The position numbers and the translations under genes were made by a program. A stretch of 63,837 nt of DNA, the filler included, from Phoronis australis (lineage: Eukaryota > Animalia > Phoronida): the NCBI GenBank assembly GCA_002633005.1. It is 10 parts of 10 records of this genome, joined end to end, with 100 filler letters (N's around TTAATTAATTAA, not from the genome) between each part and the next. Parts side by side here need not be neighbours in the genome. Positions count along the whole stretch, not along the records: positions 62,364 to 63,837 come from NMRA01003925.1; 9 more parts are not named here. One strand, given 5' to 3'. This document shows positions 63,272 through 63,837 of the stretch, piece after piece (within the stretch, counting starts at the first letter, position 1; each line of letters begins with the position of its first letter). The notes under the pieces are model-generated. The model was given only the letters and a program-made list of their open reading frames with translations. It ran no database searches and was not told the DNA's origin.

Positions 63272-63579
63272 CTAGAAACAAACAAATTAATTTATGAAAA
63301 CAGTCACACAGCTAAAAAGAACAAGAAATAGATGTACTTAAATTAAACTTGACACACGCGGAGCCAGATGGTTTTCTCATACACAGTCAAGTAATTATAA
63401 ACATACAATATCACAATGGCAAAATAGAATTAATTTGCATATGTACACAATGAAAATATTTTATGACTAAAATAAGTTAAATCAAATTAAAATTATCGGT
63501 GGAACTTTACATACTGGAAAGGTGAGATTTAACTTGTTTTTTAAGAAGAGCAACGCGGAGCGTTGAAATGCGCCCACGA

Positions 63580-63837
63580 ATGCATCGCAAATGGTGTGCT
63601 TTTAGGGTCGTTTATTAGTGTCATTAAAATGGCCACTAGAAGGCGCAAAATACGTCGCATCTGTCTGAAAACCAAAAAAATGTCGTTTCTGAAAAGAAAG
63701 ACATTTACCAACTTTAATCAAAATTCCTCGAAGAACTTCAGAGAAACAAAGTGTTCATCGGATCCGTCTAAAAGTCATCATCTTCTCTTGTTAACTTCAT
63801 ACAAATACACGTGCTAACCGCCAATACTTCAGAGAAA
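63580..63837 (-). mobile_element. HINE-family repeat fragment
   Basis: aatggccactagaaggcgcaaaata unit shared with 21814 and 59246 elements. Confidence 0.5.

Noticed and set aside
24320-63837. Gene cluster LRP / Ig / AKAP9 / GPR155 / eIF5A as a functional system
   Set aside because: Each gene is on a different contig separated by artificial linkers, so linkage is unsupported.

Overview
AT-rich, intron-rich animal DNA, most likely from a marine invertebrate. It consists of ten unrelated contigs joined by identical 100-bp linkers (N44-TTAATTAATTAA-N44), so adjacency across the linkers is not biological. Contig 1 (1-17105) holds a tandem array of intronless LicD/fukutin-family type II membrane genes (two intact, one pseudogene) inside a segmental duplication offset by about 7.6 kb. 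Other contigs carry spliced fragments of an LRP-type YWTD/EGF receptor, a three-Ig-domain type I membrane protein, an AKAP9/pericentrin-like protein, GPR155 and the last exon of eIF5A. Transposon relics are abundant: Gypsy, a solo LTR, a THAP-domain element, hAT-like MITEs with 5- and 8-bp TSDs, and Helentron-like HINEs. The most unusual signal is at 20542-20946 on the minus strand. There an intronless, degenerate PHD-finger ORF that is not a histone ends in a canonical replication-dependent histone mRNA 3' signal: a 6-bp stem with 4-nt loop, ACCCA, and a purine-rich HDE. All calls are from reading the sequence by eye; no searches were run.
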